Origin: Myxococcota bacterium
GTDB taxonomy: Bacteria; Myxococcota_A; UBA796; CAJQPC01
Direction of reading: 5' to 3'
Assembly (NCBI GenBank): GCA_036229005.1
Contig: JAZAMN010000044.1
Span: forward strand, 1-16,030
Length of the DNA: 16,030 bases
Within the stretch, counting starts at the first letter, position 1; the number at the start of each line of letters is the position of its first letter. A program made the translations under genes and the position numbers. The notes under the pieces are model-generated. The model had not been told where the DNA came from, did not search any database, and saw nothing but the letters and a program-made list of their open reading frames with translations. Positions 1 to 7,735 of the stretch are shown here, one piece after another.

Positions 1-2
1 CG

Positions 3-362
3 GGTATCGGTCATCACGCCGCTCCCCTCTGAAGCGCCGTCTCCAGGCCGGACCCGGAACGCCATCCGGGGACCCGCGCTCCCGTGGCCCGCACGCAGTG
101 CCGGGCCCTCCCCGAGGCGCCTCCACTAGTCGGCTGCCACCAGCGCCTCGCCCCACCAGGACGTCATCGGCGGTTGCCGGTCCCCGGTCGCCTGTCGCCG
201 CGAAGGGGCTCAGGCCTCGGGGGTCAGGTATCGGGTATCAGGCGTCAGGTATCGGTCATCACGCCGCTCCACGCCGAAGCGCCGTCTCCAGGCCGGACCC
301 GGAACGCCATCCGGGGACCGGCGCTCCCGTGGCCCGCACGAAGTGCCGGGCCCTCCCCGAGG
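3..362. repeat. Two ~115-bp direct repeats (3-117 and 248-362, period 245 bp) separated by heptamer tandem arrays
   Basis: Direct alignment gives 5 mismatches in 115 bp. Heptamer runs CGGT(T/C)(G/C)C-like at 171-198 and TC(A/G)GGTA-like at 224-258. Confidence 0.92.
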
Positions 363-380
363 TGTCCCCCGGAGAACCCG

Positions 381-1235
381 CTACTCCTCCTGCAGCTCCG
401 CGACCCGCTTGCGGCCCAGGCGGCTCCAACGAGTGGGCTCCTCGGCCGGGGGGACCGGGAACTCGTCGTCGCGCTCGGACATCCACTGCACGCGCAGCTC
501 CTGGAGCGCGCGGTCCCAGCGAGCCAGCATGGGCGGGATGGCGAAAGGCACGGCTAGGCTGCCGGCCTGCTCCGCGCGCTCCCGCAGCAGGGGCTCCACG
601 TCCAAGGGCTCGTGGGTGTACACGGCGATCGAGGGGCCGTGCTTGTCCAGGTGGACCGCGACCAGAGCGCTCGCGTGCTCCAGCACCTCGACGATGCCCA
701 GGGGCTGGAAGCGCTTGACGGGGAAGTGGCTGTCGTCGCCCATGCCGCAGAGGATGTAGAGCGCCCGCTCCAGCGCCTCGTCGACCTCCTGACCGGGCTC
801 CAGGACCAGCACGCCGTCGATGTTGTCCTGCTCCAGCAGCTCCTGCAGGTGCTCCGCGTCGCGGATCTCCAGGTGCCAGCGCTGGCAACCCTCGCGCCAG
901 TGGCCGCCCTGGCGAGGCACGGAGAACAGGCGCTCGTCGTCCTGGACCTCGGGCGGGACCATGCCCAGCTCGCCCTGCTCCTTGAAGGCCACCAGGCGCT
1001 TGCCGGGCAGCACCTCCAGCAGCAGCTCGCCCATGTGCAGGCCGCTGCGGTTCAAGCCGCGCAGCGCGTCGCGGGCCGAGTCATCCGAGAAGGCCGCGCC
1101 GGTGAGCACCAGGCGGTGGAGCTGGGGGACGTTGTCTTCGGGCCAGGCCTGGACCCAGCGCTCCCTGCCGCGGCAGAGGCGTCCGGGTCGGGTGGGCAGG
1201 AAGGCGGTGTTGGAGTAGCCGAGTGCGAGGACCAT
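381..1235 (-). CDS. Hypothetical protein (284 aa), no domain recognised
   Basis: Long ORF with normal globular composition and GC3-biased codons, co-oriented just downstream of the EEP gene. Overlapping ORFs are Arg/Pro/Gly-rich shadows. Start codon uncertain. Confidence 0.8.
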   Translation of the reverse strand: MVLALGYSNTAFLPTRPGRLCRGRERWVQAWPEDNVPQLHRLVLTGAAFSDDSARDALRGLNRSGLHMGELLLEVLPGKRLVAFKEQGELGMVPPEVQDDERLFSVPRQGGHWREGCQRWHLEIRDAEHLQELLEQDNIDGVLVLEPGQEVDEALERALYILCGMGDDSHFPVKRFQPLGIVEVLEHASALVAVHLDKHGPSIAVYTHEPLDVEPLLRERAEQAGSLAVPFAIPPMLARWDRALQELRVQWMSERDDEFPVPPAEEPTRWSRLGRKRVAELQEE

Positions 1236-1272
1236 GCGGGCCCCTAACGCGGCCGGGAGCGGCGGTCCCGCC

Positions 1273-2001
1273 CTATGAAGGCGCCAGGCCCACCACCAGC
1301 GGCCAGTGATCCGAGGGCCCCACCTTGAGCACGTCGGCCTCGGTGGCCTGGAGGCTGGGCCCCACCATGCAGTGGTCGATCCGCCAGACCATCGGCAGCT
1401 CCCCCGGGCCGTGCCAGGTGCGCTGCTGCGGCGCGAACTCGGGCAGCGCGGAGACCATCCCGTGGTCCTCGAACTGCTGCAGAGAGGGCTCGCGCTCGTT
1501 GGCGTTCAGATCCCCGCAGGCCAGGTCCGGCACCCCCAGCTCCAGGAGCTGCGCGACCTCCTTCTTGCGCGTGGCCTTGGTCGTGAAGAAGCCCACCGGC
1601 AGCCCGCCGCGCTCAGCAAATGGCGCCTGCAGGTGGAGGTTGAGGACCTGGATCTCCCCAAAGCCCGTCCCCACCGCCAGGCGCTGGGCTGGGAACACAG
1701 CATCAACAACCCTGTGTTCGGCGAGGAGCTCAACAGGCAGCCGGGACAGCACCGCCACGCCCCCTCCCCGGTTGGGTCCGGGCGTCCACAGCTCGTGGGG
1801 GTACAGGCCGCTCAGTCGCGCCTGCCAGTCGGCATTGGTCTCCTGCAGCAGCACGAGATCGGCGTCCAGCGCGCGCAGCGTGTCTTCGACCCCCGGCGCC
1901 TGGTGGCTGTCGTAGTGGAGGTTCCAGGTGAGCACCCGCAGGCGGGTCTGCTCAGGGGCGGGCTGGAGCGCCGGAGCGCAGGCCAGCAGCGCCCAGATCA
2001 C
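1273..2001 (-). CDS. Endonuclease/exonuclease/phosphatase (EEP) family protein, putative lipoprotein
   Basis: EEP motifs [38 protein letters not shown] and SDHWPL. The GTG at 2001 overlaps the upstream TGA (GTGA) and gives the N-terminus MIWALLAC. Confidence 0.92.
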   Translation of the reverse strand: MIWALLACAPALQPAPEQTRLRVLTWNLHYDSHQAPGVEDTLRALDADLVLLQETNADWQARLSGLYPHELWTPGPNRGGGVAVLSRLPVELLAEHRVVDAVFPAQRLAVGTGFGEIQVLNLHLQAPFAERGGLPVGFFTTKATRKKEVAQLLELGVPDLACGDLNANEREPSLQQFEDHGMVSALPEFAPQQRTWHGPGELPMVWRIDHCMVGPSLQATEADVLKVGPSDHWPLVVGLAPS

Positions 2002-3314
2002 CGCTGCACGTGGACGTGGTGCAGGGTCAGGGGCTGGGTGGGCCGGTCGGCGCTGCCGGTGGGCTGGGCGGCCAGCTCGGCGATCAGGGACGCGGGCGCG
2101 CACTGGCCGAAGATGGTGTGCTTGCCGTCCAGGTAGGGGGTGGCGCCGTCCATGACAAAGAACTGGCTGCCGTTGGTCCCGGGGCCTGAGTTGGCCATGG
2201 CCAGGCGCCCGGGGCGGTCGAAGCTCAGGGCGGTGGTCAGCTCATCGGGGAACGCGTAGCCGGGGCCGCCGGTGCCCCACTGGAGCGCCTTGGCGTCATC
2301 CTTGGACAGGGGGTCGCCGCCCTGGATCATGAAGCCCGAGATCACCCGGTGGAAGCGGGTACCGTCATAGAAGCGCCCCTCACCAGGGCTGCCGTCGGGC
2401 TGCGTCCAGGGCTGGGTGCCCTCGGCCAGGCCCACGAAGTTCGCCACGGTCACGGGGGCCTGCTCGTGGAAGAGCACACACTGGATGGTGCCCAGGCTGG
2501 TCTCCAGGCTGACCTCAAGCATGCCGCCCTCGGGCACGCCCAGCGCCTGGTTGTAGGCAGCCAGGGGGTCCTCCGCGTCCGCGATGCCCGCGGCGGGTCC
2601 CAGGGGCCACCCGGCCTGATCCGCCATGCGCAGGTAGTCGGCCATGCGCCCGGCGCCGTAGTAGCTCGGGGCCAACCACTGGCTCGCGTCCGCGCCGCCC
2701 GCCTGGGCCTTCTCCAGCAGCGGCAGGGCCAGCAGGTTGTCGCCCTTGCCCACGTAGATCGCGCCCAGCATCAGGTTCGCGCCAACGTGCTCGGGCTCCT
2801 TCTGCAGCACCTGGCGCAGCTTGGAGGCGGCGCCATCGCTGTCCGTGCGCTGCAGGTCCACCGTGGCGCTCAGGAAGTGGGCGTTGGTGGACTCCGGGTT
2901 GGCCGTCAGGGCCGCGCGGGCGTGGTTCTGGGCCAGGTCGATGCGGTTCAGGCCCAGGTAGATCCAGGTGGCCGTCTCGTTCAGGCAGCCGTCCTGGGGC
3001 CACGCGTCCAGCAGGGGCAGCAGCTCCCGGCGAGCGCCGGCGACGTCGTCGTCCAGCACGTAGGAGGCCACCATGGCGGCCTGCAGGGCGGGGTGGCTGC
3101 CCGGGTCGAGCTGCGCGCGGGCGCCCGCGACGTCCCCGCTCTCCAGCAGGGTCACGGCCTGCTGCCAGCGCCCCAGCTCCGGGCCGATGGGGCCGGCCTC
3201 CTGCACCGCGGAGATGCACACCGCCGGCGCGGCGGGCTCGGGGGTCACGCGGTGATCGGCGGCGTCCAGAGGGCCACCGGTCTTGGGGCAGGCGAACATC
3301 AGCAGAAGGAGCAT
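1998..3314 (-). CDS. Cyclophilin-type peptidyl-prolyl cis-trans isomerase with N-terminal TPR-like region, putative lipoprotein
   Basis: Cyclophilin motifs [53 protein letters not shown] and [13 protein letters not shown]-like helical repeats ([32 protein letters not shown]). Start chosen at MLLLLMFAC (ATG 3314). Confidence 0.93.
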   Translation of the reverse strand: MLLLLMFACPKTGGPLDAADHRVTPEPAAPAVCISAVQEAGPIGPELGRWQQAVTLLESGDVAGARAQLDPGSHPALQAAMVASYVLDDDVAGARRELLPLLDAWPQDGCLNETATWIYLGLNRIDLAQNHARAALTANPESTNAHFLSATVDLQRTDSDGAASKLRQVLQKEPEHVGANLMLGAIYVGKGDNLLALPLLEKAQAGGADASQWLAPSYYGAGRMADYLRMADQAGWPLGPAAGIADAEDPLAAYNQALGVPEGGMLEVSLETSLGTIQCVLFHEQAPVTVANFVGLAEGTQPWTQPDGSPGEGRFYDGTRFHRVISGFMIQGGDPLSKDDAKALQWGTGGPGYAFPDELTTALSFDRPGRLAMANSGPGTNGSQFFVMDGATPYLDGKHTIFGQCAPASLIAELAAQPTGSADRPTQPLTLHHVHVQR

Positions 3315-3385
3315 GGGCGGCGGGGTATCCCGGCCGGTCCTCGTGTTCACCAACAACTGCAACAGGGTGGCGTGCGCGGCCCGGC

Positions 3386-3419
3386 GGGTCATGCAAATGA
3401 CCCAGGGTCAGGCTATGGT
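3386..3419 (+). promoter_or_regulatory. Candidate sigma70-like promoter for the M81 peptidase, overlapped by palindromes
   Basis: ATGCAA (3391-3396) - 17 bp - TATGGT (3414-3419). Palindromes GGGTCAT-gcaa-ATGACCC (3386-3403) and TGACCC-a-GGGTCA (3398-3410). AGGAG RBS lies before the TTG at 3443. Confidence 0.4.
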
Positions 3420-3442
3420 CTGGCGTCCACCAGGAGCCTCCC

Positions 3443-4951
3443 TTGGCCAAACTCCGCCTCGCCTTCGGCCGCATCGCCCAGGAGACCAACGCGCTCTCGC
3501 CGGTGCTCACCACGCTGGAGGACTTCGACAGCACCATCCACATGTCTGGCGAGGCCCTGCTGGCCGCCTGCATGCCGGGTGGGGACGAGGCCCCGGGCTT
3601 CACCAAGAACGCCGAGCTCTCCGGCTGCGTGAAGGCTGCGCTCGCCGACGGGGACGTGGAGCTTATGCCCCTCTCGAGCGCGTGGGCCATACCGGGGGGA
3701 CCTCTGAGCCGCGAGTGCTTCGATACGCTGCTCGGTGAGCTCGAGGACAAGCTGGTCAAGGCCGGCCCCGTCGACGCCTGCTTCTTGTCGGTGCACGGGG
3801 CGATGAACGCGGTGGGCGTGCCCAACCCGGACGCCCGCATCGCGCAGGTGGTCAAGGAGCGCATCGGGAGCGCGCCGCTGGGCGTTTCGATGGACCTGCA
3901 CGGCAGCCTGAACCCCACCCTGACGGGGGCCGCAGACCTGATCTACGCTTACAAAACCAACCCCCACCGGGACCACGCCCGCATCGGCCGCCAGTGCACC
4001 ACCGAGCTGCTGCGTGCGGCCCGCGGTCAGATCCGGCCCACGGCGGCCTGGCGCACCCTCCCGATGATCCTGGGGGGCGGCGCCACGGTGGACTTCCTGC
4101 GGCCCATGCGCAGCATCTTCCGGTGGATGCGTCAGCAGGAGAAGCAGCAGGGGGTGTTGGGGATGAGCCTGTTCATGTGCCACCTGTGGAACGACACCCC
4201 TGAGCTTGGCTGGTGTACCTACGCCGCGACGGATGGAGATCAAGCGAGGGCCGAAGAGCTCGCGGAGGCTCTGGCCGAGAAGGCCTGGGCGGTGAAGGAT
4301 GAGATGCCGCCGGAGTTCGACACTCCGCAGCAGGCCATCGAGCGCGTGCGCAAGGCTCGGATCGCGCGCAGGTTCGGCACCGTGTGCATCTGCGATGCCT
4401 CGGACGTGGTGCCCGCTGGGTCCACTGGGGAGAGCACCCACCTGCTCAGAGCCTTTCTGGAGGGGGGACAGGATCTCCTCGCCTACATCCCCATGCGCGA
4501 CCCCGTCGCGGTGGACCAGTGCTGGGAGGCCGAGCTGGGCCAGGAGGTGAGCCTGCAGGTGGGGGGGCGCCTGGATCCCGCTCGCAACCAGGGGCTGGAC
4601 ATCACCGGCCGCCTGCTCTGGAAGGGGGACCGGCACGCCTTCGGCCGCACCGTCGCCCTGGAGATCGGCAAGACCCGCCTGGTGGTGACCTCTGGGCCGG
4701 CCATCGCGATGAAGCCCAGCTTCTACTCCGAGGTGGGGCTGAGCCCCTGGAAGGCCGACGTGGTGGTGGTGAAGAGCTTCTTCCCCTTCCACCTCTTCTT
4801 CCTGCTGGAGAAGCGCAAGTCCATCTACGTGCGCAGCGGCGGCATCACCGACTTCGACGCCGCTCGCGAGTTGGAGTTCGCCCGGCCCGTGCACCCCTTC
4901 CAGCAGGTCAGCGACTGGCGTCCGGCCGATAGGGCCAGGCGGGGCGTCTGA
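3443..4951 (+). CDS. M81 family (MlrC-like) metallopeptidase
   Basis: N-terminal IAQETN, LSVHGAM, VSMDLHGSL, YKTNPHRD, DASD..PAGSTGEST and C-terminal VVVKS are typical of MlrC/M81 proteins. AGGAG RBS and TTG start. Confidence 0.92.
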   Translation: MAKLRLAFGRIAQETNALSPVLTTLEDFDSTIHMSGEALLAACMPGGDEAPGFTKNAELSGCVKAALADGDVELMPLSSAWAIPGGPLSRECFDTLLGELEDKLVKAGPVDACFLSVHGAMNAVGVPNPDARIAQVVKERIGSAPLGVSMDLHGSLNPTLTGAADLIYAYKTNPHRDHARIGRQCTTELLRAARGQIRPTAAWRTLPMILGGGATVDFLRPMRSIFRWMRQQEKQQGVLGMSLFMCHLWNDTPELGWCTYAATDGDQARAEELAEALAEKAWAVKDEMPPEFDTPQQAIERVRKARIARRFGTVCICDASDVVPAGSTGESTHLLRAFLEGGQDLLAYIPMRDPVAVDQCWEAELGQEVSLQVGGRLDPARNQGLDITGRLLWKGDRHAFGRTVALEIGKTRLVVTSGPAIAMKPSFYSEVGLSPWKADVVVVKSFFPFHLFFLLEKRKSIYVRSGGITDFDAARELEFARPVHPFQQVSDWRPADRARRGV

Positions 4952-4955
4952 GCCC

Positions 4956-5208
4956 GCGCGAGTTGGGTCGAACGCAACGGGGCGCTGCGCGAGTTGGGTC
5001 GAACGCAACAGGGCGCTGCGCGAGTTGGGGTGAACGCAACAGGGCACTGCGCGAGTTGGGGTGAACGCAACAGGGCGCTGCGCGAGTTGGGGTGAACGCA
5101 ACATCTGGCCGCCGCTGAGGGACATCTACGGTCCCTTGAGCGGGGTCTTGTTGCGTTCAGCGGGGGTTGCGCGCGCGGTCGTTGCGTTCAGCGGGTGTTG
5201 CGCGCGCG
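4956..5208. repeat. 31-bp tandem array (~4.8 copies, 4956-5103) plus two inverted related 31-bp-period units (5150-5208) around a central hairpin
   Basis: Unit GCGCGAGTTGGG(TC/GT)GAACGCAAC(A/G)GGGC(G/A)CT starts at 4956, 4987, 5018, 5049 and 5080. Inverted core GTTGCGTTCA at 5150 and 5181. Confidence 0.95.
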
Positions 5209-5340
5209 CTCCCCCAGATGCCGGGGATTCGCTGGCCGGCGCGGGGGCTGAAAGCGGACAACCCGCGCGCAGGCCGCGGAGCCCGCGACGGCCATGCCTG
5301 GCCGGAGCCGGGGCTACCTCGGGGAGACCCGCTCAGGGGG

Positions 5341-5391
5341 TGTGGGGGCCTTGCCCCCACAGGAAAATTGAAGCTCGCTCGCGAGCTTCAA
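5341..5391 (-). terminator. Double hairpin at the wza 3' end; candidate intrinsic terminator or REP-like element
   Basis: Perfect 11-bp inverted repeat TTGAAGCTCGC/GCGAGCTTCAA (5368-5391) followed by TTTT on the minus strand, then a 9-bp stem TGTGGGGGC/GCCCCCACA (5341-5361). Confidence 0.55.
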
Positions 5392-6206
5392 ACGTGACTC
5401 ATGTCGATGAACACCTGATCATCGGGGCGAAGGACGTAGTCACTCTCCTTGCCCTTGAGGATGCGCTTGAGGCGCACCTCGATGCGCTCACCGTCGCGCA
5501 GGATGTAGACCTTGGAGACCTTGGCGGTGTCGGAGAGCCCGCCGGCCAGGGTCAGGGCCTGGGTGAGGGTCATGCCCTCGCTGAACACCACGGCGCCGGG
5601 GTCTTCGACCTGGCCCTGCACGTAGACCACCTTGGCGACAGGGACGTAGACCTGATCGCCGGGCATGACGGGCTGGTCCCCACCCGGGCGGATGAGGTCC
5701 TTGTACTGCAGCACCAGGGTCTGTGCGCCGCGGATCACCCGCACCTCGGTGATGGCCTCCTCGCTCACACCACCCGCCATGGCGAGCACCTGAAGCACAG
5801 TGGTGGGCCCCTCAAGTCGGTAGACCCCAGGGTCCTCCACCAGACCGAGCACCTCGACCCGGCGGGAGTTGAACTGGCTGACCGACACCGAGACCTGGGG
5901 ATCGACCAGGTAGTCCTTGGCGAGCAGCCGGGTGAGCTGGCCCTCGATCTCCTGCGCCGTGCGGTCCTTGACCACAACGCGCCCCACGATGGGCAGGTTG
6001 ACGCTGCCGTCCGCCGCGACCACCAGATCGGTCCCGCTCAGGCTGGGCTCCCCGACCACGATGACGCTGATGTGATCGCCGCTGCCGACGGTGTACTCGG
6101 AGGCATCCCGCACAGGGACCTGTTCCTTGACGCTGCCGGACCAGCCTTCCAGGTTGGCATCGGCGGTGTCTTGCGCGAACAGGGTGGCCAGCAGCGAGAA
6201 CAGCAT
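5388..6206 (-). CDS. wza: Polysaccharide export (OPX/Wza-family) protein, short form: Poly_export plus two SLBB domains
   Basis: EYTVGSGDHISVIV...VAADGSVNLPIVGRV...YLVDPQVSVSV is the Poly_export signature. Two SLBB units follow (VEVLGLVEDPGVY...LAMAGG and VYVQGQVEDPG...ALTLAGG...LRPDDQVFI). GGAG RBS before ATG 6206. Confidence 0.93.
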   Translation of the reverse strand: MLFSLLATLFAQDTADANLEGWSGSVKEQVPVRDASEYTVGSGDHISVIVVGEPSLSGTDLVVAADGSVNLPIVGRVVVKDRTAQEIEGQLTRLLAKDYLVDPQVSVSVSQFNSRRVEVLGLVEDPGVYRLEGPTTVLQVLAMAGGVSEEAITEVRVIRGAQTLVLQYKDLIRPGGDQPVMPGDQVYVPVAKVVYVQGQVEDPGAVVFSEGMTLTQALTLAGGLSDTAKVSKVYILRDGERIEVRLKRILKGKESDYVLRPDDQVFIDMSHV

Positions 6207-6286
6207 CGTCAATCTCCGAGTCGGACCGGGCGCTCCATGCTTGAGCACAAAACACCAGGACCCACGTCCCATCCAAGGTAACGCCC

Positions 6287-7732
6287 TCAGTCCGGGTCTG
6301 CTGCGTCCGGGAGCGCGGCGAAGGGGCTGAGCGTCGCCAGCATCAGGGGCATGTGAGGCTCCAGCGCCGCCATGGCCCAGCGGCTGGCCCGGGCGACGTC
6401 CTCGACCTTGGGCACCAGGTTCAGCGGGCTGAGGGTGCGGCCCAGAGGCAGGTAGAGGTTGGCGTAGGGCTTGTTCCGCACGACATTGGCCGCCGCGATC
6501 TGCTGCACGGGGTAGAGCGCGAGGCTGCTCGGGCGCGGCGGGAAGCAGTCGACGGCCAGCACATAGGTGTTGCGGTGCCCCTGCAGGCGCCCCTCCATGG
6601 CCGAGCGGAAGGCCACGCGGGCGGGGACGTTGTTGACCACGCCGCCCTCGGTCAGTCGCGTGATCCCGTAGTCCGCGTAGAGCTGGTCCAGCAGGTGCTT
6701 CATGCGCTGATCGTCGCGGTGGACGTCGTAGTGGAGCAGGCCCGGAACGGAGGCCGAGAAGCCCGCGGCGTCGATGACATCGGCCTGCAGGGTGCCAGGG
6801 TCCCGCCCAAAGACGACCTCCCGCAGAGCGCCCTGGTCCTGGGTCAGCTCGGAGAACACCGTGGCCAGCGCGCCCAGGCGCTTGACGGCGGAGGCGCGGA
6901 AGATCATCCCAGGCTTGACCACGTCGTCCAGGAGGTGCTCGTAGTAGCCCAGGTCGTGCTTGAGGGCGTCCACCGTGAGGCCCGTCGCGACGATGTGGAG
7001 CGGGATGGCCATCTCGCCGATGGTCAGCACGCGGCCGTCGGCGTCGGACATGAAGCTGGCCAGGGCCCGGCGCAGGTAGAGGCGCAGGGTGGCGGGGAGC
7101 CCGTAGCGGCTGGGCTCAGGCTTGAGGGAGAACACCCGCGACCAGGTCAGGGACTTGTTGGCCTCGAGCATGCGGGCCATGTCGTGCTGCCGGGTGCGGG
7201 CGCGGAACATGCCGATGAGCGCGCCCATGGAGGTCCCGCAGATCAGCTCCGGCTGCACCTGGTTGCGGTGCAGCAGGGTGGCGATCCCCGCGTAGCCGTA
7301 GCCAGCGCCCCCTCCCCCGCCGAGCACCAGCGCCAGCTTGCGGTGCGTGACCGCGCGGTCGATCCCCTCGCGGCTCAGGTTGAACTGCTCGCGCAGCCGA
7401 ACCCGCAGAGCCTGGGTGTCGGCCACGAGCTCCGGGAGCACCCGAGCGGCCGCCCACAGGGTGTCCTCGTCTGCACCCAGTCTCCTGGAGAGTTCTTCGC
7501 GCACCTTCCAGGCGTGCGGTGCGAGCAGCTCTCGGACATCATGATCCCTCCCTGCCTCATCCCGGACAAAGGTGAGCTTTGCGAAGTTGAGGACGTAGCG
7601 GAGGCCGTCCAGCAGCGGAGGAGCGACCTCGCCGGGGCGGGACAGGTGGCGCTCCAGGACGCCCCGCTCCAGCGCTTCGAAGGGCTGGCGGAGCTCAAGC
7701 AGCGCGCGCGAGGACAGGGGCTTCACGCCCAA
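6287..7732 (-). CDS. Patatin-like phospholipase family protein
   Basis: LALVLGGGGGAG glycine loop, GTSMG nucleophile elbow, SASVPG, and EGGVVNNVP at the DGG position. Start is TTG 7732 or GTG 7726. Confidence 0.9.
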   Translation of the reverse strand: MGVKPLSSRALLELRQPFEALERGVLERHLSRPGEVAPPLLDGLRYVLNFAKLTFVRDEAGRDHDVRELLAPHAWKVREELSRRLGADEDTLWAAARVLPELVADTQALRVRLREQFNLSREGIDRAVTHRKLALVLGGGGGAGYGYAGIATLLHRNQVQPELICGTSMGALIGMFRARTRQHDMARMLEANKSLTWSRVFSLKPEPSRYGLPATLRLYLRRALASFMSDADGRVLTIGEMAIPLHIVATGLTVDALKHDLGYYEHLLDDVVKPGMIFRASAVKRLGALATVFSELTQDQGALREVVFGRDPGTLQADVIDAAGFSASVPGLLHYDVHRDDQRMKHLLDQLYADYGITRLTEGGVVNNVPARVAFRSAMEGRLQGHRNTYVLAVDCFPPRPSSLALYPVQQIAAANVVRNKPYANLYLPLGRTLSPLNLVPKVEDVARASRWAMAALEPHMPLMLATLSPFAALPDAADPD

Positions 7733-7735
7733 AGG

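Noticed and set aside
84..888. ORFs 84-557, 98-718 and 259-888
   Set aside because: They are translations of repeat DNA or shadows of 381-1235 and are Pro/Arg/Gly-rich.
3359..3378. GCAACAGGG..TGCGCG upstream of the M81 gene resembling the 31-bp unit, suggesting flanking repeats
   Set aside because: Only a 9-bp exact match, which is expected by chance in 16 kb of GC-rich sequence.
3443..4951. Microcystin-degradation (mlr) cluster
   Set aside because: Only an M81-family gene is present, with no mlrA, mlrB or mlrD. The family is widespread and the substrate cannot be inferred.
4956..5103. 31-bp repeats as a CRISPR array
   Set aside because: Units are directly adjacent with no unique spacers, and no cas genes are present.
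6287..7732. Patatin as a CBASS CapV-like or other defence effector
   Set aside because: No CD-NTase or other defence genes are nearby, and the context is a polysaccharide export operon.
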